DNA of 64,000 nt from Oceanispirochaeta sp. (GCA_963666275.2 CAXXOA010000002.1:1568001-1632000), one strand, 5' to 3'; shown: positions 36,045 to 46,459, counted from the stretch's first letter. A program made the numbers and translations. The notes: generated by a model not told the origin, from the letters alone.

Positions 36045-37907
36045 TCAAAATATTCTTTTCCTTTCCAGCAGTATCAGTTGGTCTCTCAGTGTTTCCATCG
36101 TATCTTCCCCGAGCCATAGGCTTTCAAAATCCTGATGCCTGAAAATATGGACCAGACCGGAAAGAATCTTCAGGTGATCCCTTTCTCTTTTATCAGAGCC
36201 TATCAGTATGACAAGGGCCTTTATATTCTGATGATCTTCATCAAAATAGAGTCCTTCCCGGCAGCGGATAAGGCATAGCCAGATCTTTTCTGTATGGGGG
36301 AGAAGAATATGGGGAACCGATATGAAGTTGTTGAGAGCCGTGCTTGCTTCCTGTTCCCTTCTCTCCAGGAGGGAACTCAACTCTTCGGATGTCAGGCCTG
36401 TCTCGGCGGCTAACAGGCTGCCGGCCATCTGAAAAATACCATGGACAGTCTCTTTATGATTCACATCCAGGGTCAGAGCCTTTTTCAGCAGATCATCTGT
36501 CAGATCCTGAGCAAGGTCATCCCGGGTCCGTATTATATCTCTCAGTTCCTCTTCCAGACCTTCTGTCCTGAATTTCCTGTTGACAATATTCCTTATCAGA
36601 TGGAGGGCCGCGTATTCATAGCTGCTTTTTTTTCTGCCGTAAAGCAGATAGAGCAGCAGACCTGTACTTCCGAAGAGGAGCAGGATTTCAAGACTGCTGA
36701 TGCCCATCTCTATCAGAAAATAACCCATAAGCATCAGGGCCAGAACAGGTACCAGGGGATATTTTCGGATCCTGTAAAGAGGCTGGTAGTTTCTTACCCG
36801 GCTCTCCCGCAGAATGATCATAGACAGGTTTGTGGCAATGTAGGTGATCAGAATAACCGTTGATGCTGTTTTGACAAGGGACTCCAGGGGCAGGAGGACC
36901 GCAATCATAATGCCCGCTCCGGTCAGAAGAATAGCCGTAACCGGAGTCCCTTTTCTGTTGCAGCGGCTGATGGATTCGGGAAGCAGATGGTCCCGGGAAA
37001 GGGCCAGGGGATACCGGCTGGCCGCCATGATCCCTGCGTTCCCTGTGGTAATGAAGGCCAGAGCGGAGGCTATCACAATGACCATCTGACCGGTTTTCCC
37101 TGCCATGAGAAAAGCGCTGTCCGCTATGGGAGTCAGAGAGCCTGCAAACTCCTCCTGAGGCAGCAGGCCTGTTGTAATCAGAACCATGGCGCCGTAAAGC
37201 AGGGTGATGACCACAACAGAGAGCAGCATGGCCCTGGGAATAGATTTCCCGGGATGCCTCACTTCCTCTGCCATGGTGGTTACATTCAGAAGGCCTCCGT
37301 AACTGACAAAGACAAAAGCCGAAGTGCTGAAAAAGAGCCTCAACCGGTCGAAGCTTCCGCTGTCAGAGAACAGCGATTCTGAAGGGGAGAATGCCAGATC
37401 TCTGTTCCAGTTTCCCATACCGAGAATAACATAGAGAACCATAATCCCGAGGAGTATAAAGACAAGGATCACTTCCAGTGTTATGGCTTCCCCGGTGCCT
37501 GCCAGGTTCAGGAGAACAAAGAACAGGGTCAGCCCTATGGCCAGAATCTGCAGGGGGATCCCGAAAAAAAGGAAGCCCAGTTCGGCCAGGCCGAAAACGG
37601 CAAAGGCGGTTTTAAGCATCAGTGCCAGCCAGCTTAAAAGTCCCATCACCGTTCCGACTCCCGGTCCCAGGGTGCGGGTTATGTAGAAATAGTCTCCTCC
37701 CGCCTTGGGCATGGCCGTAGCCAGTTCAATGAGAGAGAGACTGGAAAGAAAAGCGACCCCTCCCGCAAGGAGGTAGCATAAGAAGACAACAGGACCGATT
37801 TTTGCGAAGGCTAAACCGGGGAGTATGAATATACCGCTGGAAATCATCGTACCGCTGGCAAGGGCGAAAAGAGCGGCGGATCCAATCTTTTTCTCATGGT
37901 TTTCCAT
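36045..37907 (-). CDS. APC amino-acid permease fused to a C-terminal PTS EIIA-like domain
   Basis: GTMISSGIFILPG, ELATAMPKAGGDY, AEEVRHP; C-terminal LERREQEASTAL...ISVPH...HLKILS. Confidence 0.88.
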   Translation of the reverse strand: MENHEKKIGSAALFALASGTMISSGIFILPGLAFAKIGPVVFLCYLLAGGVAFLSSLSLIELATAMPKAGGDYFYITRTLGPGVGTVMGLLSWLALMLKTAFAVFGLAELGFLFFGIPLQILAIGLTLFFVLLNLAGTGEAITLEVILVFILLGIMVLYVILGMGNWNRDLAFSPSESLFSDSGSFDRLRLFFSTSAFVFVSYGGLLNVTTMAEEVRHPGKSIPRAMLLSVVVITLLYGAMVLITTGLLPQEEFAGSLTPIADSAFLMAGKTGQMVIVIASALAFITTGNAGIMAASRYPLALSRDHLLPESISRCNRKGTPVTAILLTGAGIMIAVLLPLESLVKTASTVILITYIATNLSMIILRESRVRNYQPLYRIRKYPLVPVLALMLMGYFLIEMGISSLEILLLFGSTGLLLYLLYGRKKSSYEYAALHLIRNIVNRKFRTEGLEEELRDIIRTRDDLAQDLTDDLLKKALTLDVNHKETVHGIFQMAGSLLAAETGLTSEELSSLLERREQEASTALNNFISVPHILLPHTEKIWLCLIRCREGLYFDEDHQNIKALVILIGSDKRERDHLKILSGLVHIFRHQDFESLWLGEDTMETLRDQLILLERKRIF

Positions 37908-37968
37908 AAAACCTCCTGTTGCGAGACCCCTTCGAAGGAATATTCCTGTTTTTTAAATATAAGCTATT

Positions 37969-39033
37969 TCAGAACCATTTTTTCCTTTTAAAAATGAAAA
38001 TCATAACGCCCGCGGACACCAGAAGCAGTGCCCAGAGAAAAAGGTATCCGTACCGTAGGGTCAGCTCGGGAATATAGGCAAAGTTGGTACCGTAGATTCC
38101 TGTGATCAGAGTGAGGGGCAGAAATATAACGGAAAAAATCGTAAGGAATTTCATGATTTCATTGAGTCTGTTATTGATCGTGCTGTTGTAGGAGTTCAGC
38201 TGTTCCGTGCAGATCTCTTTGTAGATATCTATGGTTTCGGTCACCTGCATGATATTGGAAAGGAGATCGTTGAAGTAGGGCCTGTAGGCCTGGGCCACAA
38301 GAGGATTCCCCTCTTTCAGGAAATTTTTGATGGCATCCCGGGCAGGCCGGATAACCTTGCCCAGGTACATGAGTTCCCGTTTCCGGGAAAGGATCATCTC
38401 CAGAGTCTCTTCGTCCGGGTCCGACAGAAGATCCTCTTCCAGAGATTCGATTTTCTCGGCCAGTATCTGCATGATCTCAATGTAGTTATCTACCACGCAG
38501 TCTATGAGGGAGTAGGCCAGGAAACTGGCATCTTCCCTGCGGATCCTTCCAATAGACTCGGCCAGACGTTTTCTGACAGGGTCAAAAACATCCCCCGGCT
38601 GTTCCTGAAAAGTCAGGACCGTATCGTCTATTTTGAGCAGACTCAGCTGTTCCGAGATGATCATCTCCTTCTCTTCATCAAAGCGGAGCATCTTGAGAAT
38701 CAGAAAGTATCCGTTTTCTATTTCTTCCAGTTTGGGCCTCATGGTGGTGTTGACGATATCCGCAGCTGTCAGCTGATGAAGGCCGAAAATTTCCTCAAGG
38801 TTCTGTATCAGGGACATGTCCCCCAGGCCGTTGATATTAATCCATCGATGCAGATCAGAGATCGTATTTCTCTCTTTTCCGATCAGCTGAGCCCCCGATT
38901 CCTCCCGGAGGATCTCTGTGTCAAAAAGGATTTCATGGATATCCGTCTCCTTAACCCGGGACGGACCGATGTAGACTTTCTCTCCGGGACGCTGTCGTAA
39001 AAGGTCCGACTGTTTTCTGAAAAAACGGGCCAT
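37969..39033 (-). CDS. corA: CorA Mg2+/Co2+ transporter
   Basis: WININGL, RPKLEE, EQLSL, TFQE, NEIMKFLT, ITGIYGTNF (GxN signature). Confidence 0.93.
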   Translation of the reverse strand: MARFFRKQSDLLRQRPGEKVYIGPSRVKETDIHEILFDTEILREESGAQLIGKERNTISDLHRWININGLGDMSLIQNLEEIFGLHQLTAADIVNTTMRPKLEEIENGYFLILKMLRFDEEKEMIISEQLSLLKIDDTVLTFQEQPGDVFDPVRKRLAESIGRIRREDASFLAYSLIDCVVDNYIEIMQILAEKIESLEEDLLSDPDEETLEMILSRKRELMYLGKVIRPARDAIKNFLKEGNPLVAQAYRPYFNDLLSNIMQVTETIDIYKEICTEQLNSYNSTINNRLNEIMKFLTIFSVIFLPLTLITGIYGTNFAYIPELTLRYGYLFLWALLLVSAGVMIFIFKRKKWF

Positions 39034-39125
39034 CAGCTCCTCCTTAAGATTTCTGGAATAATACCGTTATATCCAGTATAATAGAAAAATTAAAAACATG
39101 AGTCGATACTGGATTGGATATCTTT

Positions 39126-39866
39126 ATGAGTAAACATTTGATTCCCTGGGGCAAGCTGGTTTTTCAGGATGAAACCCGGATCACCCTCCCTTTTTCCCGG
39201 GAGCTTTTCATCAGGCGTATGGGAAATGAAACCCATCTTCATCTTGAAAAAGAGGGAGAGGACGAGGTTTTCCGATTTATAACAGGACAGGATGCCTCAC
39301 TCTATCTGGAACCGGGACTCCCGGATCTGCCTATGGTGATAAAGCCTTCGATAAGCCTGGCCATCCTTCCGGGGAAAAAACTGGAAACCCTTGTGGAAGT
39401 GCCTGTTATTGTCAAAGTCATGGCCGGGACGGAAAAAAAGAAAGATCAGCTCATAGAGTTTCCCGTGAAGGATCTTTCCAGGAGTTTTTTCGGAAACCCC
39501 GATTCGGGAGAGATCGCCTATTTTCTGGAAAGCCCCCTTCTGAACAGGGTGGATGAGTACGAACAGATTGATTCCAGCGTCTACTGTCCCATGACAATCT
39601 CCAACAGATCCGATCAGAATCTGGATTTTGACAGGATGATTTTCAGGGTTCCCTATCTGAGCCTCTATTACGGAGAAAAGACCCTTTACAGTACCCCCGC
39701 TGTGATCACTTTCCGCGGGCAGGACCAGATTAGCCAGGTGTCCTTCAAAAAAAATCCCCCCCAGTACGAGCCGGATATGAAACTGGCTTCGTCTCCCCGG
39801 ATTTCCGAGGAGAAGGGACTCCTGAAGAGGAGTTTCTACTTTATTAAAACTCTCTATAACGGATAA
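39126..39866 (+). CDS. DUF432-like protein
   Basis: PGLPDLPMVIKP...LSRSFFGNPDSGEIAY; sits upstream of mscS as is common for this family. Confidence 0.7.
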   Translation: MSKHLIPWGKLVFQDETRITLPFSRELFIRRMGNETHLHLEKEGEDEVFRFITGQDASLYLEPGLPDLPMVIKPSISLAILPGKKLETLVEVPVIVKVMAGTEKKKDQLIEFPVKDLSRSFFGNPDSGEIAYFLESPLLNRVDEYEQIDSSVYCPMTISNRSDQNLDFDRMIFRVPYLSLYYGEKTLYSTPAVITFRGQDQISQVSFKKNPPQYEPDMKLASSPRISEEKGLLKRSFYFIKTLYNG

Positions 39867-39870
39867 CACT

Positions 39871-40707
39871 ATGGAAAAAACATCCTTGTCGGCCATAACC
39901 GACAGTCTGACTGAAATTCGCTACGATCTGATACTGCATGTCCTGATCCTCCTGGCCGGGGGGATTATCATACTCAGAGTTCTCAGACTGATCCTGAAGA
40001 AAACTCTGTTGAAAAAGAGCAATCAGCAGAATGAGATGCTGGTTCTGAAGCTCTTCAATTTTATTGGATTTTCGATCCTTCTGATTGTGGTTCTCTCGGA
40101 AATGGGAATACAGCTTGCCACCCTGCTGGGAGCTGCGGGAGTTATGGGTATCGCCCTTGGTGTGGCCTCCCAGAAGAGTCTGGGAAATATTATCAGCGGA
40201 TTTTTTATGGTCACCGAGAAAAGCTTCGAAATAGGCGATGTTATTACAGTAGGCACAAAAACAGGTGTTGTTCACTCGGTGGAGCTCCTTTCCATTATGC
40301 TCAAGACTTTTGATAATCTTCTGATCCGGATTCCCCACGAGACCCTGATTTCCACAGAGGTTGTCAACATTACAAGATTTCCCATCAGAAGGATGGATCT
40401 GTTTTTTACAGTTTCATACAAAGAAGACCTGAATCAGGTTATGGAGATTCTCAAAGAGACAGGAAAAAACAATATTCTCTGTCTGGATGAACCGAATCCT
40501 TTTATTTTAATCAAGGAATTCGGAGAATCGGGGATCGATTTTCAATTCGGTATCTGGTTTGAGAAGAGCGATTATGTGGCTGCCAGAAACTCGGTGCTTA
40601 CGGATCTGCTGGAGAATTTCCGGGAGGCGGGGATTACCATTCCCTATCCCCATATTACAATTTCTCCGGATTCCCGCCTGTCTATGGCTGATGTGACAGA
40701 AAAATGA
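39871..40707 (+). CDS. mscS: Small-conductance mechanosensitive channel
   Basis: LLGAAGVMGIALGVASQKSLGNIISG, FEIGDVI, GITIPYPH. Confidence 0.9.
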   Translation: MEKTSLSAITDSLTEIRYDLILHVLILLAGGIIILRVLRLILKKTLLKKSNQQNEMLVLKLFNFIGFSILLIVVLSEMGIQLATLLGAAGVMGIALGVASQKSLGNIISGFFMVTEKSFEIGDVITVGTKTGVVHSVELLSIMLKTFDNLLIRIPHETLISTEVVNITRFPIRRMDLFFTVSYKEDLNQVMEILKETGKNNILCLDEPNPFILIKEFGESGIDFQFGIWFEKSDYVAARNSVLTDLLENFREAGITIPYPHITISPDSRLSMADVTEK

Positions 40708-41264
40708 AAGAGCTGAAAATCCATAAGTTCTACAGAGTCGAAGGGGATCTGGTATCCATCGATATCAATATCCATCTCTACAGGGAAGTGTTCAATACCT
40801 GGGACTTTTCACCTCTTCTGAACAGGGATCTGGATGATGACCTGTTTGAATACCTGGAGGAGTGTGCCGCGGAGATCCCCCGGAAGTACCGGACTCAGAT
40901 TGTATTTCACCTTCCTGAAGATATCAGAGATCAGGAAAAAGAGAACACCCATACCCGTAGTGTCAGGAATTTTATCGAATATAAAATCAGGAAACTGCAG
41001 ATCAGTAAGCGGTCCCTCTATCTGAATACACTGAAATACACCCTGATCGGAGTCCTCTTCATCAGTCTGGGGTTTTTCCTCCAGGACAAACTTCCCTTCC
41101 GCAATGCTGTGACGGATATCCTCAAAGAGGGGTTCTTCATTGGAGGTTGGGTTCTGTTCTGGGAGCTTTTTGAGACTATCTTTTTCCGGAAGGAGGATAT
41201 GGGGAAGGCAATGACCGCCCTGAAACGTCTGAAAAAAGCTCCTATTGTCTTTAACTATACCTGA
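40704..41264 (+). CDS. Conserved hypothetical protein with two C-terminal TM helices
   Basis: ATGA overlap with mscS; FNTWDFSP...RDLDDDL and IGGWVLFWE motifs. Confidence 0.75.
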   Translation: MKELKIHKFYRVEGDLVSIDINIHLYREVFNTWDFSPLLNRDLDDDLFEYLEECAAEIPRKYRTQIVFHLPEDIRDQEKENTHTRSVRNFIEYKIRKLQISKRSLYLNTLKYTLIGVLFISLGFFLQDKLPFRNAVTDILKEGFFIGGWVLFWELFETIFFRKEDMGKAMTALKRLKKAPIVFNYT

Positions 41265-41278
41265 TCTGAAGGTTCTTT

Positions 41279-42799
41279 CTATTCCGGACGGCTGAGGAGG
41301 AAACTTTCAAGAAGTCCCTCCTGCCTGGCTCTCAGGTCGGGCTGATCACCCGGGCAGACAGGTTTTTCCAGGCTCTCTTCCCTGAGGGATATTGTCGGCA
41401 GGCCATACCAGGATTTTTCCGGCTCTCCGTTGTCTTCCAGCCACAGGGCTGTTTCCGTGAACTCCTCTGATCCGATAGCTGTAAAGGGTATGGTAAACTC
41501 GCAGAATGAGCCGTTAACCGCGCCGTCTTTTCCTGAAAATATAGTTTCTAAGGCATTCCAGTCGTCTTCCCATTTTCCGGAACTGTTTTTGACAGTCGGC
41601 AGATAGTCAGCTTTGGTGTACCACCGTCCTGATTCTTTATAGAGTTCCATAAGGATCCGATGGTCCGTAAATGATACAGACAGCTGGGCAACAGGCCAGT
41701 AGATTTTCTCATCCCGCATTTTCAGCCCGATCTGAAGAGCATCTCCTTGGGGGGATAGGGCGAGTTTCAGATATTCGGGCATATATCTGATATTCACAGG
41801 GGCACCCCGGTAATCCTTCAGATTCTCATCCCAGGCACGGTAGGCCGGGACATTTCTCCAGTCCTCCGGACTGCCGTCCAGAACAATATACGCCACAGGA
41901 AGTATCTCTGTTCTGTAGATATAGGAACGGTAGCTGGACATGGTAAGTTCTTCGGATTTCAACTTCAGTTCGTCCAGGGAGAGACTTCCCGCATAGGCTT
42001 TTACCAGCCCCTGAATTTCCAGAATCCTCTTCAGCACCTCCTGTCGCCTGGATACCTTGTCCATTCCCAGAAAAACGGCTTCTTCCGCTTCTCCCAGCTG
42101 GTTCATGGTCTCTTCGGTCAGGTAGGGTATATCAAAAGAGAAGGAAACTTCTCCTCCCTCTTCCAGATCGAAGGGCTGTTTCACTAGCTCTATCTCCCTG
42201 TCTCTCATTGCTGTGAGACGTATTGTATGGGAGCCGTAGAGGAGCTTGGGGATGTTTGTTATATTGTCGCCCACCAGAGCATGGTCTATGTAGACTTTGT
42301 AAGGTGCCTCAAAACCCGTATTGGTAAAAATCAGGGAACCATAGCCGATATGCTGACCTGAAAAACCTCCGATCAGTTCGGGAACAAGTATATCGGTGGC
42401 ATCAAAGATATCCAGAATCGAATCGGCAACCACTTCCCTGGTAATGGATACGCTGCCGCTGGCCCGGTCGAATACATTCAGAGCGATAGTGTAGCTTCCG
42501 TTGTCTTCGGGGCGGATCTCTCCGAAAATAACACTGTCGATATTTCCTCTTTCCGCATAACCGGCCAGTTGATCCGGTTCTTCCGGAGGAGTCTCTTCTG
42601 TAGAAATCTCATACCGGTCCAGCAGCCGTAAGGTCAGATCAGCTGTTTCGGTCACCGTATTTCCCAGGGCGGACAGAGTGGAATTGCCCTCTCCGGTAAA
42701 GAGAGGAATCACTGATACCCTCGGTTTCGGCTCCTGAGAGGAGAGGGGCAGGGAGAACAGGAAGAGGGCTGTCATAAATTTCCACGTCAATTGGTTCAT
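41279..42799 (-). CDS. Hypothetical secreted multidomain protein (TolB-N/CsgG-like, PEGA-like, sugar-binding-like)
   Basis: Signal peptide; RVSVIPL...VIFGEI; KVYIDH...YGSHTIRL; LDGSPEDWRNVP. Confidence 0.6.
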   Translation of the reverse strand: MNQLTWKFMTALFLFSLPLSSQEPKPRVSVIPLFTGEGNSTLSALGNTVTETADLTLRLLDRYEISTEETPPEEPDQLAGYAERGNIDSVIFGEIRPEDNGSYTIALNVFDRASGSVSITREVVADSILDIFDATDILVPELIGGFSGQHIGYGSLIFTNTGFEAPYKVYIDHALVGDNITNIPKLLYGSHTIRLTAMRDREIELVKQPFDLEEGGEVSFSFDIPYLTEETMNQLGEAEEAVFLGMDKVSRRQEVLKRILEIQGLVKAYAGSLSLDELKLKSEELTMSSYRSYIYRTEILPVAYIVLDGSPEDWRNVPAYRAWDENLKDYRGAPVNIRYMPEYLKLALSPQGDALQIGLKMRDEKIYWPVAQLSVSFTDHRILMELYKESGRWYTKADYLPTVKNSSGKWEDDWNALETIFSGKDGAVNGSFCEFTIPFTAIGSEEFTETALWLEDNGEPEKSWYGLPTISLREESLEKPVCPGDQPDLRARQEGLLESFLLSRPE

Positions 42800-42815
42800 T
42801 TTGAATCTCCTTGAA

Positions 42816-43817
42816 TCATCTGGGAAAGAGGAGATGGTTTCCCAGAAGGCGTTTCAGGCTGTCTCCCTTCAGGAACATCCGGAATGCCTCCTGTCCGTCG
42901 GGAGTTCCCAGGTAAATTTGGTACTCCCTGCCTCTGGAACTGACGGGGACATAGGCATGGACCTGTCCTTTTTCATCTTCCCAGAAGCTTCCCCGGAGTT
43001 TGACAGGCTGATTTTCTATGAATGTGTCATAGGTAAAACTGCGCAGTACCGCACCTTCCGGCGTCTGAGGTGCGGATTCTTCGGGATCCCGGGTCCATAC
43101 GGAGGCAAGGATCATGGCGCCTTCCTCTTCGATGTGACGCAGGATAAAACCGTCCCTGAAGTCATCGATCCATTTCCAGCCGGGATCCTGAAAGTTGCGG
43201 AACATAAAAGAATCTTTTCTGATTCTCTTTTCGAATGAGGGCTCGCTGAGATTAAAAGAGCTGTAGATCTCCCGGAAGGTCAGTTCATCCAGAGTCTCTC
43301 CTGCGCTCTCTCTGATCCTCAGTGTGAAGTAGAGTTTGTTGGCCCTGGCGGTCTTGTAGGTAAAAACCGTCTGGTAGATATGGTTCTCAGTTCCGTCTAT
43401 CTGAAGAACAGAAAGATCCCGTGAAAAATTTCCCCAGGGCTCTGATGCAGTCTGGATAAGAGTGATCCCCCGGGGCTCCTCATTCTGCCCGTAGAGGGTA
43501 TAGTGCTCCCTGTTAAATGTCAGCCCCGCCTGTTCCACTCTAAGGACTCCCTGAAGAGTCCCGTCGGCATTATGAAAATGGAAGAGGTCCTTTTCAGTGC
43601 CTTCCCCCCGGGGGGCGCTGAATGACCAGTCACCGGGAAGCTGCAGTTCCACTCCCTCCAGGCCGATGGAATTGAGTTCTATAAGCTGAATCTCTTCTAT
43701 TTCCCTTGGTCCGGTTTCGCCGGGGGGTGAAATCTTATCAGTACCTGATACACATCCGGAGGCCGTAAGAAATGAAAGAATAACCAAAATAAATAAAAAT
43801 TGACTGTAAACTCTCAT
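42816..43817 (-). CDS. Hypothetical lipoprotein
   Basis: Hydrophobic signal ending TASG-C (lipobox); 333-aa ORF. Confidence 0.7.
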   Translation of the reverse strand: MRVYSQFLFILVILSFLTASGCVSGTDKISPPGETGPREIEEIQLIELNSIGLEGVELQLPGDWSFSAPRGEGTEKDLFHFHNADGTLQGVLRVEQAGLTFNREHYTLYGQNEEPRGITLIQTASEPWGNFSRDLSVLQIDGTENHIYQTVFTYKTARANKLYFTLRIRESAGETLDELTFREIYSSFNLSEPSFEKRIRKDSFMFRNFQDPGWKWIDDFRDGFILRHIEEEGAMILASVWTRDPEESAPQTPEGAVLRSFTYDTFIENQPVKLRGSFWEDEKGQVHAYVPVSSRGREYQIYLGTPDGQEAFRMFLKGDSLKRLLGNHLLFPR

Positions 43818-43823
43818 AATTCC

Positions 43824-43852
43824 AGTATTCGGGGAGTTTGTAAAAGAATCAA
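43824..43852 (-). promoter_or_regulatory. Sigma70-type promoter, likely leaderless lipoprotein transcript
   Basis: Minus strand TTGATT, N17, AATACT, N6, ATG (43817). Confidence 0.5.
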
Positions 43853-43867
43853 TAGTTCATTTACATT

Positions 43868-44560
43868 TTATCTCTGGAACCTGTATCCCCGTCCCCGGAT
43901 GGTCTGTATATGTACAGGCTTTTCCGACTCATTCAGTTTCTGACGCAGTTTGGCTATATGGACATCTACGGTTCTGGTTGTTGTTTCACTGCCATATCCC
44001 CAAACCTCATCCAGAATCCGGTCCCGACTGAGCAGCTCATCAGGATTCGTGAGGAAAAACTCGAGCAGCCTGAACTCTTTGGTATGAAGGGAAATCTCCC
44101 GGGAACCGGCCATGAGGGATCCTCGGATTGTATTCAGAGTGAATTGTCCGAAGTTGAATATCCCCTGGCAGGAAGAATCCTTTCCCTTTTCGTTTAGGGA
44201 GGATCTCCTCAGCAGGGCTTCTATCCTGGCAAGGAGTACTCCCATGTCGAAAGGTTTTGCCAGGTAATCATCGGCTCCCTGACGGAGTCCTATAATTGTA
44301 TCCAGATCAGTATTTCTCGCTGTGAGCATCAGGATCGGTGTTAGGATATTCCGGTCTCTCAGGTTCCGGCAGACCGCAAAACCGTCTCTTCCGGGAAGCA
44401 TAATATCCAGAAGAATAAGATCGTAAAAGTCTTTTGCCGCCTCCTCTTCTCCTTGAATCCCGTCCTCCCTCACAACTACCTGGTATCCTTCCGAAGTCAG
44501 ACGATCTTCAAGAGTTATCTGAACTCCCGGCTCATCTTCTATGATAAGTATTTTAATCAT
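43868..44560 (-). CDS. OmpR/PhoB-family response regulator
   Basis: IIEDE, LLDIMLP, GADDYLAKPF, TRTVDVHIAKLR, TIRGRGY. Confidence 0.95.
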   Translation of the reverse strand: MIKILIIEDEPGVQITLEDRLTSEGYQVVVREDGIQGEEEAAKDFYDLILLDIMLPGRDGFAVCRNLRDRNILTPILMLTARNTDLDTIIGLRQGADDYLAKPFDMGVLLARIEALLRRSSLNEKGKDSSCQGIFNFGQFTLNTIRGSLMAGSREISLHTKEFRLLEFFLTNPDELLSRDRILDEVWGYGSETTTRTVDVHIAKLRQKLNESEKPVHIQTIRGRGYRFQR

Positions 44561-46316
44561 TATGAATATCCTCTTCTGTATCGGTGAATGAGCAGGGGAG
44601 GTTCATTGTAAACCGACATCCCTGCTGTCTGCTACCATCAGGGGTCCGGTAGGGGCTTTCCAATTCCAGGGATCCTCCGGCAACCTGCAGTTTCCGGGAT
44701 AGGATGAATAGTCCCAATCCGCTCCCCTTTTCCTGATTCTGACGACTGAAACGACCTCTGTAAAAGGGGGTCAGTACTTTTTTCTGCTCATTCGGCGGGA
44801 TTCCCCGCCCTTCATCCTCTACTGTTACCACCAGGGAGCCGGGGATCCCTGTTTTTATTTTAACCCTGATAGTCCCTTCCTCTTTTCCATAAGCATGAAG
44901 GAGGCTGTTCATCAGCAGATTGTTAATTCCCAGACGGAGCAGATCCGGATCTCCATAACATTTCAACTCCCCGGATGCTGTATCCAGGGAGAGGGTTATT
45001 CCCTGTTTTTCCGCCAGCGGTTTTACACTTTCAACAGTATCAGCCGCTATTTCCCTACCGTCCAGCTTGACTTGTTCCTGTCCTTGAGGCTGACCTTCCA
45101 TACTGGAAAACTGAAGGATCTCTTCAATCATACGGGAGAGCCGTTTTACCTGATCCATGATCAGTTCTCCATATTTTACTGCCCTTTCGGGAGCGACAAT
45201 TCCCTCAGAAAGGTTATCTGATGCCGATTGAATAACAGTCAGGGGCGTTCTCAGTTCATGAGTCATGGAGGCGACAAATTCTTTCTCCCTGTTCCGTATC
45301 ATGGAAAGTCTCATCAGCTGGAACATAGCCAGAAGGAAAATCAGAGCGATCCCCACCAGAATTATCATACTCTGAATCCAGTGCATGGCGAACTGCTTTT
45401 CTATAGAGAGATAGAAGGGGTTGTTTTTTAATCCTATTCTCAGAAACCGGATGTTCCGGTCTTCCACGTATCTGCTCTGTTCTAAATCTATCTCTTCCGT
45501 AAATAAAGCGGACAGTTGATTGGGGTCTCCCTCGAGTCTGTCGGGCCTTTTTGTCTGAAAAGGATCAGGTAGAAACACAATGTGATCAATATTTTCACTG
45601 TGATTCCACCCGAGAAGGGATTGTATCGGATGAAATGGGTAGTCTACTTTGTGAAGTGGAGGAGGGCCGATTCTATCCTGCAGAGGAATATCTTCACGCC
45701 CCTGTAAAAGGTCATAGTTTTCAAGCTGCTCCTCAAGGGCCGGTTCAATATAGAGTTTTTCAAAACTGAACCAGTCCAGTTCCAGAACAGCAGTAAATCT
45801 TTCCTGGTTAAAGGGGGTATGCAGGAATACAACTTCAATTAGCTCGGTAATTCCCTTCTCTTTTACAAAGAAATCAGTTCCTCCCGGCGGCGGATTGGAG
45901 AGGCCGGTCCCATCGGGAAAAATATCCCCTTGTGCAGACTGCCAATCACCCGAATCATCCAGAAAAAGGAGTATTCCGGGGTTTTCACTTTCCGAGTATC
46001 CGATCTTATGGATGAGACCGCCCTCCTGTGTATCCGAGCCGTAAAGATCGACCAGAGTACGGAGGCTCTGTCTGAGTGAGGGTTCATCGGAAGGCAGCTG
46101 TTTCAGTGCCTGAAGAATCAGGGTTATCCTTTGGGTTTCTCTGAAGTACGTCCTGTATACAATGGAATCGAGTCTTCTTTTTTCATCTTCTATGGCACGG
46201 TCTCCCAGGTTCCTGTAGAACCTGTGAATCATAAGGCTGCCAACAAGCAGAAGAACCAGAATGGGGAGTATCAGGAACAGAGGGATAAGCTGCCCTCTGA
46301 CTTTGAGCTGTTTCAT
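44553..46316 (-). CDS. Membrane sensor histidine kinase
   Basis: Two TM helices; THELRTPL H-box; VEDEGRGI; GSGLGL. Confidence 0.93.
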   Translation of the reverse strand: MKQLKVRGQLIPLFLILPILVLLLVGSLMIHRFYRNLGDRAIEDEKRRLDSIVYRTYFRETQRITLILQALKQLPSDEPSLRQSLRTLVDLYGSDTQEGGLIHKIGYSESENPGILLFLDDSGDWQSAQGDIFPDGTGLSNPPPGGTDFFVKEKGITELIEVVFLHTPFNQERFTAVLELDWFSFEKLYIEPALEEQLENYDLLQGREDIPLQDRIGPPPLHKVDYPFHPIQSLLGWNHSENIDHIVFLPDPFQTKRPDRLEGDPNQLSALFTEEIDLEQSRYVEDRNIRFLRIGLKNNPFYLSIEKQFAMHWIQSMIILVGIALIFLLAMFQLMRLSMIRNREKEFVASMTHELRTPLTVIQSASDNLSEGIVAPERAVKYGELIMDQVKRLSRMIEEILQFSSMEGQPQGQEQVKLDGREIAADTVESVKPLAEKQGITLSLDTASGELKCYGDPDLLRLGINNLLMNSLLHAYGKEEGTIRVKIKTGIPGSLVVTVEDEGRGIPPNEQKKVLTPFYRGRFSRQNQEKGSGLGLFILSRKLQVAGGSLELESPYRTPDGSRQQGCRFTMNLPCSFTDTEEDIHND

Positions 46317-46378
46317 ATAGGTACAATACCCCGTGATGCTGTTTCAAATCCACCGGAAACAGCTTTTCCCGATCATGT

Positions 46379-46415
46379 TTTACATATTTTACATTCATTT
46401 TACTCCTTTTTCACC
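46379..46415. promoter_or_regulatory. Candidate OmpR-family binding site (TTTACA-like direct repeats)
   Basis: TTTACA (46379), TTTACA (46388), TTTACT (46399), TTCACC (46410); the last three have an 11-bp period. Located between the TCS and the exporter operon. Confidence 0.5.
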
Positions 46416-46459
46416 TAAGGAAACGAATCCGGATTTAGAGTTACATTCGGAGGCAGTTA

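Noticed and set aside
39034..39125. Possible Mg2+ (M-box) riboswitch before corA
   Set aside because: The spacer is only 92 bp, AT-rich and shared with a divergent gene; no aptamer features.
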